A stretch of 17,363 bases of DNA, taken from assembly GCA_048884785.1 (NCBI GenBank), contig JBHLQM010000067.1:1-17363 (forward strand). The letters are read 5' to 3'. The stretch's first letter is position 1, and the number at the start of each line of letters is the position of its first letter. The DNA comes from Candidatus Thorarchaeota archaeon (GTDB taxonomy: Archaea; Asgardarchaeota; Thorarchaeia; Thorarchaeales; Thorarchaeaceae). The position numbers and the translations under genes are program-made. Below, in pieces: positions 15,850-17,363 of the stretch. Below the pieces are notes generated by a model, which saw nothing but the letters and a program-made list of their open reading frames with translations, had not been told where the DNA came from and did not search any database.

Positions 15850-16190
15850 CTGCGGAAGCACGCACCTGTAAAAGGGTGTGCACCGTCCGTAAGACCTCGT
15901 GAGAGGCTCCGCCGAGAAGGACACATCGCGTGTCTTCAATGAGGGGATCCATTGGGACAAGACTCCAAGAAGTCATTCGCAATGGAGGACAAGTCATCGC
16001 ATTACGCTCCGGGACTGTGTCCCGCCTGTCATCGACAGGAGGAGTTGAATGCTGAGGCTGCAGAGGATGATTAATGGCAAACAAATTACATACACTTAGT
16101 AATTAGACCGTATACATGAATTATTGTTACAATCCTTGGTGATAGTTTCGACTATACAACAGGCAATATTATGCCGGCTGTATGAGTAGG
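15850..16190 (+). ncRNA. Structured pre-23S rRNA leader (5' external transcribed spacer), possibly harbouring a discrete RNA
   Basis: Many nested helices: CCTC-GTGA-GAGG GNRA hairpin, a k-turn at 15908-15947, a multibranch domain at 15992-16072, and ATAGT-TTCG-ACTAT UUCG hairpin. Confidence 0.6.
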
Positions 16191-17363
16191 ACTACAAATG
16201 CTGTACGGTCGCTGGTGGATGACTTGGTTGGCGAGCCGATGAAGGGCGTGACAAGCAGCGATATGCCGTGGGTAGTCGCATGAAGACGTTGATCCATGGG
16301 TCCCCGAATTGGACTTCCTAATGTAGGCTAATACCCTGCATTACTCCAATGTCAAAGTTGGAGAGGGTACGCTCCGAATTGAAGCATCTTAGTAGGGGCA
16401 GGAAAAGAAAGAAAATTCGATTCCGCTAGTACTGGCGAAAGAACGCGGAAAAGGCCAAACTGAATCCCAGCGCGAAGAGTGCTGGGAGATGTGGTGTACG
16501 GGCCAATGCAATTGCCGACGCACCTAAGACAAAGTCCTCTGGGACGAGGCGGCGAAGAGGGTGAAACCCCCGTAGTTGTAAAGTGCGGGCATGCAATTGG
16601 ATCCAGAGTAGCGCGGGTTGGTGATCTCGCGTGAACGTCCCAGTCGCAATCTGGGAAGCCTAAATACTACGCCAAACCGATAGTAAACTATGTAGCGCGA
16701 GCGAAAGTTGAAAAGTGCCGCGGGAGCGGGGTGAAAAGCACCTGAAACCAGCGATCTAAACAAAGGATGCCGATTAAAAGAGAAGACTCTCGATGAACGA
16801 AAGTGGAGTGATCCACGTGTAGGAATCGAGGTGATCGAATCGGCGTCATCCGTCTTGAAACACGGGCCAGGGAGTTTACGGACGTGGCGAGAATAAGGTA
16901 AAAACCGTAAGCGAAGGGAAACCGAAAAGCCCGCAGCCTTCGGGTGAGGGGCTACGTGTGAAAGCGCGTGAAGTCACAGCCGTGATACGAGAAGCCAGTC
17001 GATCTAGGCCTGGCCAGGGTGAAGCCGGGCGAAAGCTCGGTGGAGGCCCGATAGGGTTATGACGTGCAACTCTTTCCGTTGAGCTGGGCGTAGGGGTAAA
17101 AGGCTTATCTAGACTGGTGATTGCTCGTTCTCCGCGAAGTTGGTCGCAGCCAAGCTCCACTGGAGGTATCATGTGGTGTAGAGCACTTTTGGATCGGCGC
17201 GGGGGGCGTCAAGCCCTTCACCATCCCAAAAACTCCGAAGCTGCATGAACTGTAGAAGGTGGGAGACGGGTGCCCGGGGTAAGCCAGGCAGGCCGAGATG
17301 GGGAGAACCGAGAGTATGGTTAAGGTCCCTAAGTGCCGGATAAGTGCGGTGAAGAAGGGCGTC
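16190..17363 (+). rRNA. rrl: 23S rRNA, archaeal type, 5' portion (runs off window end; 5' end approximate)
   Basis: Conserved LSU motifs GGTGGATG, GCCGATGAAGGGCGTG, GAATTGAAGCATCTTAGTA, GGGTGAAACCCCCGT, CGTCTTGAAACACGGGCCAGGGAGT and TAAGGTCCCTAAGT in the expected order. Confidence 0.97.

Noticed and set aside
15600-16190. tRNA, RNase P RNA, SRP RNA or 16S 3' end in the pre-23S region
   Set aside because: No TTCGA T-loop in a cloverleaf context, no GAGGAAAGTCC, no SRP helix-8 motif and no anti-SD GATCACCTCC.
16740-16990. Supersized rRNA expansion segments (ES7/ES9 region)
   Set aside because: By eye, spacing between conserved motifs resembles ordinary archaeal 23S, with only a short GCC-TTCG-GGT hairpin at the ES9 position. 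A formal alignment would confirm this.
15663-17172. Minus-strand ORFs 15663-15926, 15845-16084, 16524-16763 and 16876-17172
   Set aside because: They are antisense to the rRNA or its leader, have no protein motifs, and are typical spurious ORFs.
1-17363. CRISPR array, cas genes, transposase or integrase
   Set aside because: No regularly spaced repeats, and no Y1, DDE or tyrosine-recombinase motifs were recognised in any ORF.

Overview
Archaeal chromosomal window. The archaeal-type 23S rRNA, AfpA, Mer-like oxidoreductase and geranylgeranyl reductase show this; an Asgard/Thorarchaeia-like origin is my inference from the overall gene mix. It holds about 15 mostly housekeeping-type CDSs: LLM oxidoreductase, AfpA, Mig-type glycosylase, Zn-ribbon proteins, nucleoside phosphorylase, GGR, M28/glutaminyl-cyclase-like protein, WD40, nucleotidyltransferase, wHTH-TRASH regulator, bacterial-type RNase PH, GyrI-like fusion and a membrane protein. 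It ends in the 5' ~1.17 kb of a 23S rRNA gene with no 16S upstream. The four most notable observations are as follows. (1) An intact 237-aa ORF resembles the WED/REC half of TnpB/Cas12f but stops where RuvC would begin, and lies co-directionally behind a nucleotidyltransferase gene. (2) An unannotated 39-codon ORF has its own TATA box, a perfect palindromic operator, 5' and 3' hairpins and an RBS, and is divergent from the wHTH-TRASH regulator. (3) A 102-bp gene-3'-end duplication flanks a 2.1-kb single-gene insert with no integrase. (4) The pre-23S leader is long and highly structured, with tandem promoters and a canonical k-turn. All family assignments come from motif recognition by eye; no searches were run.
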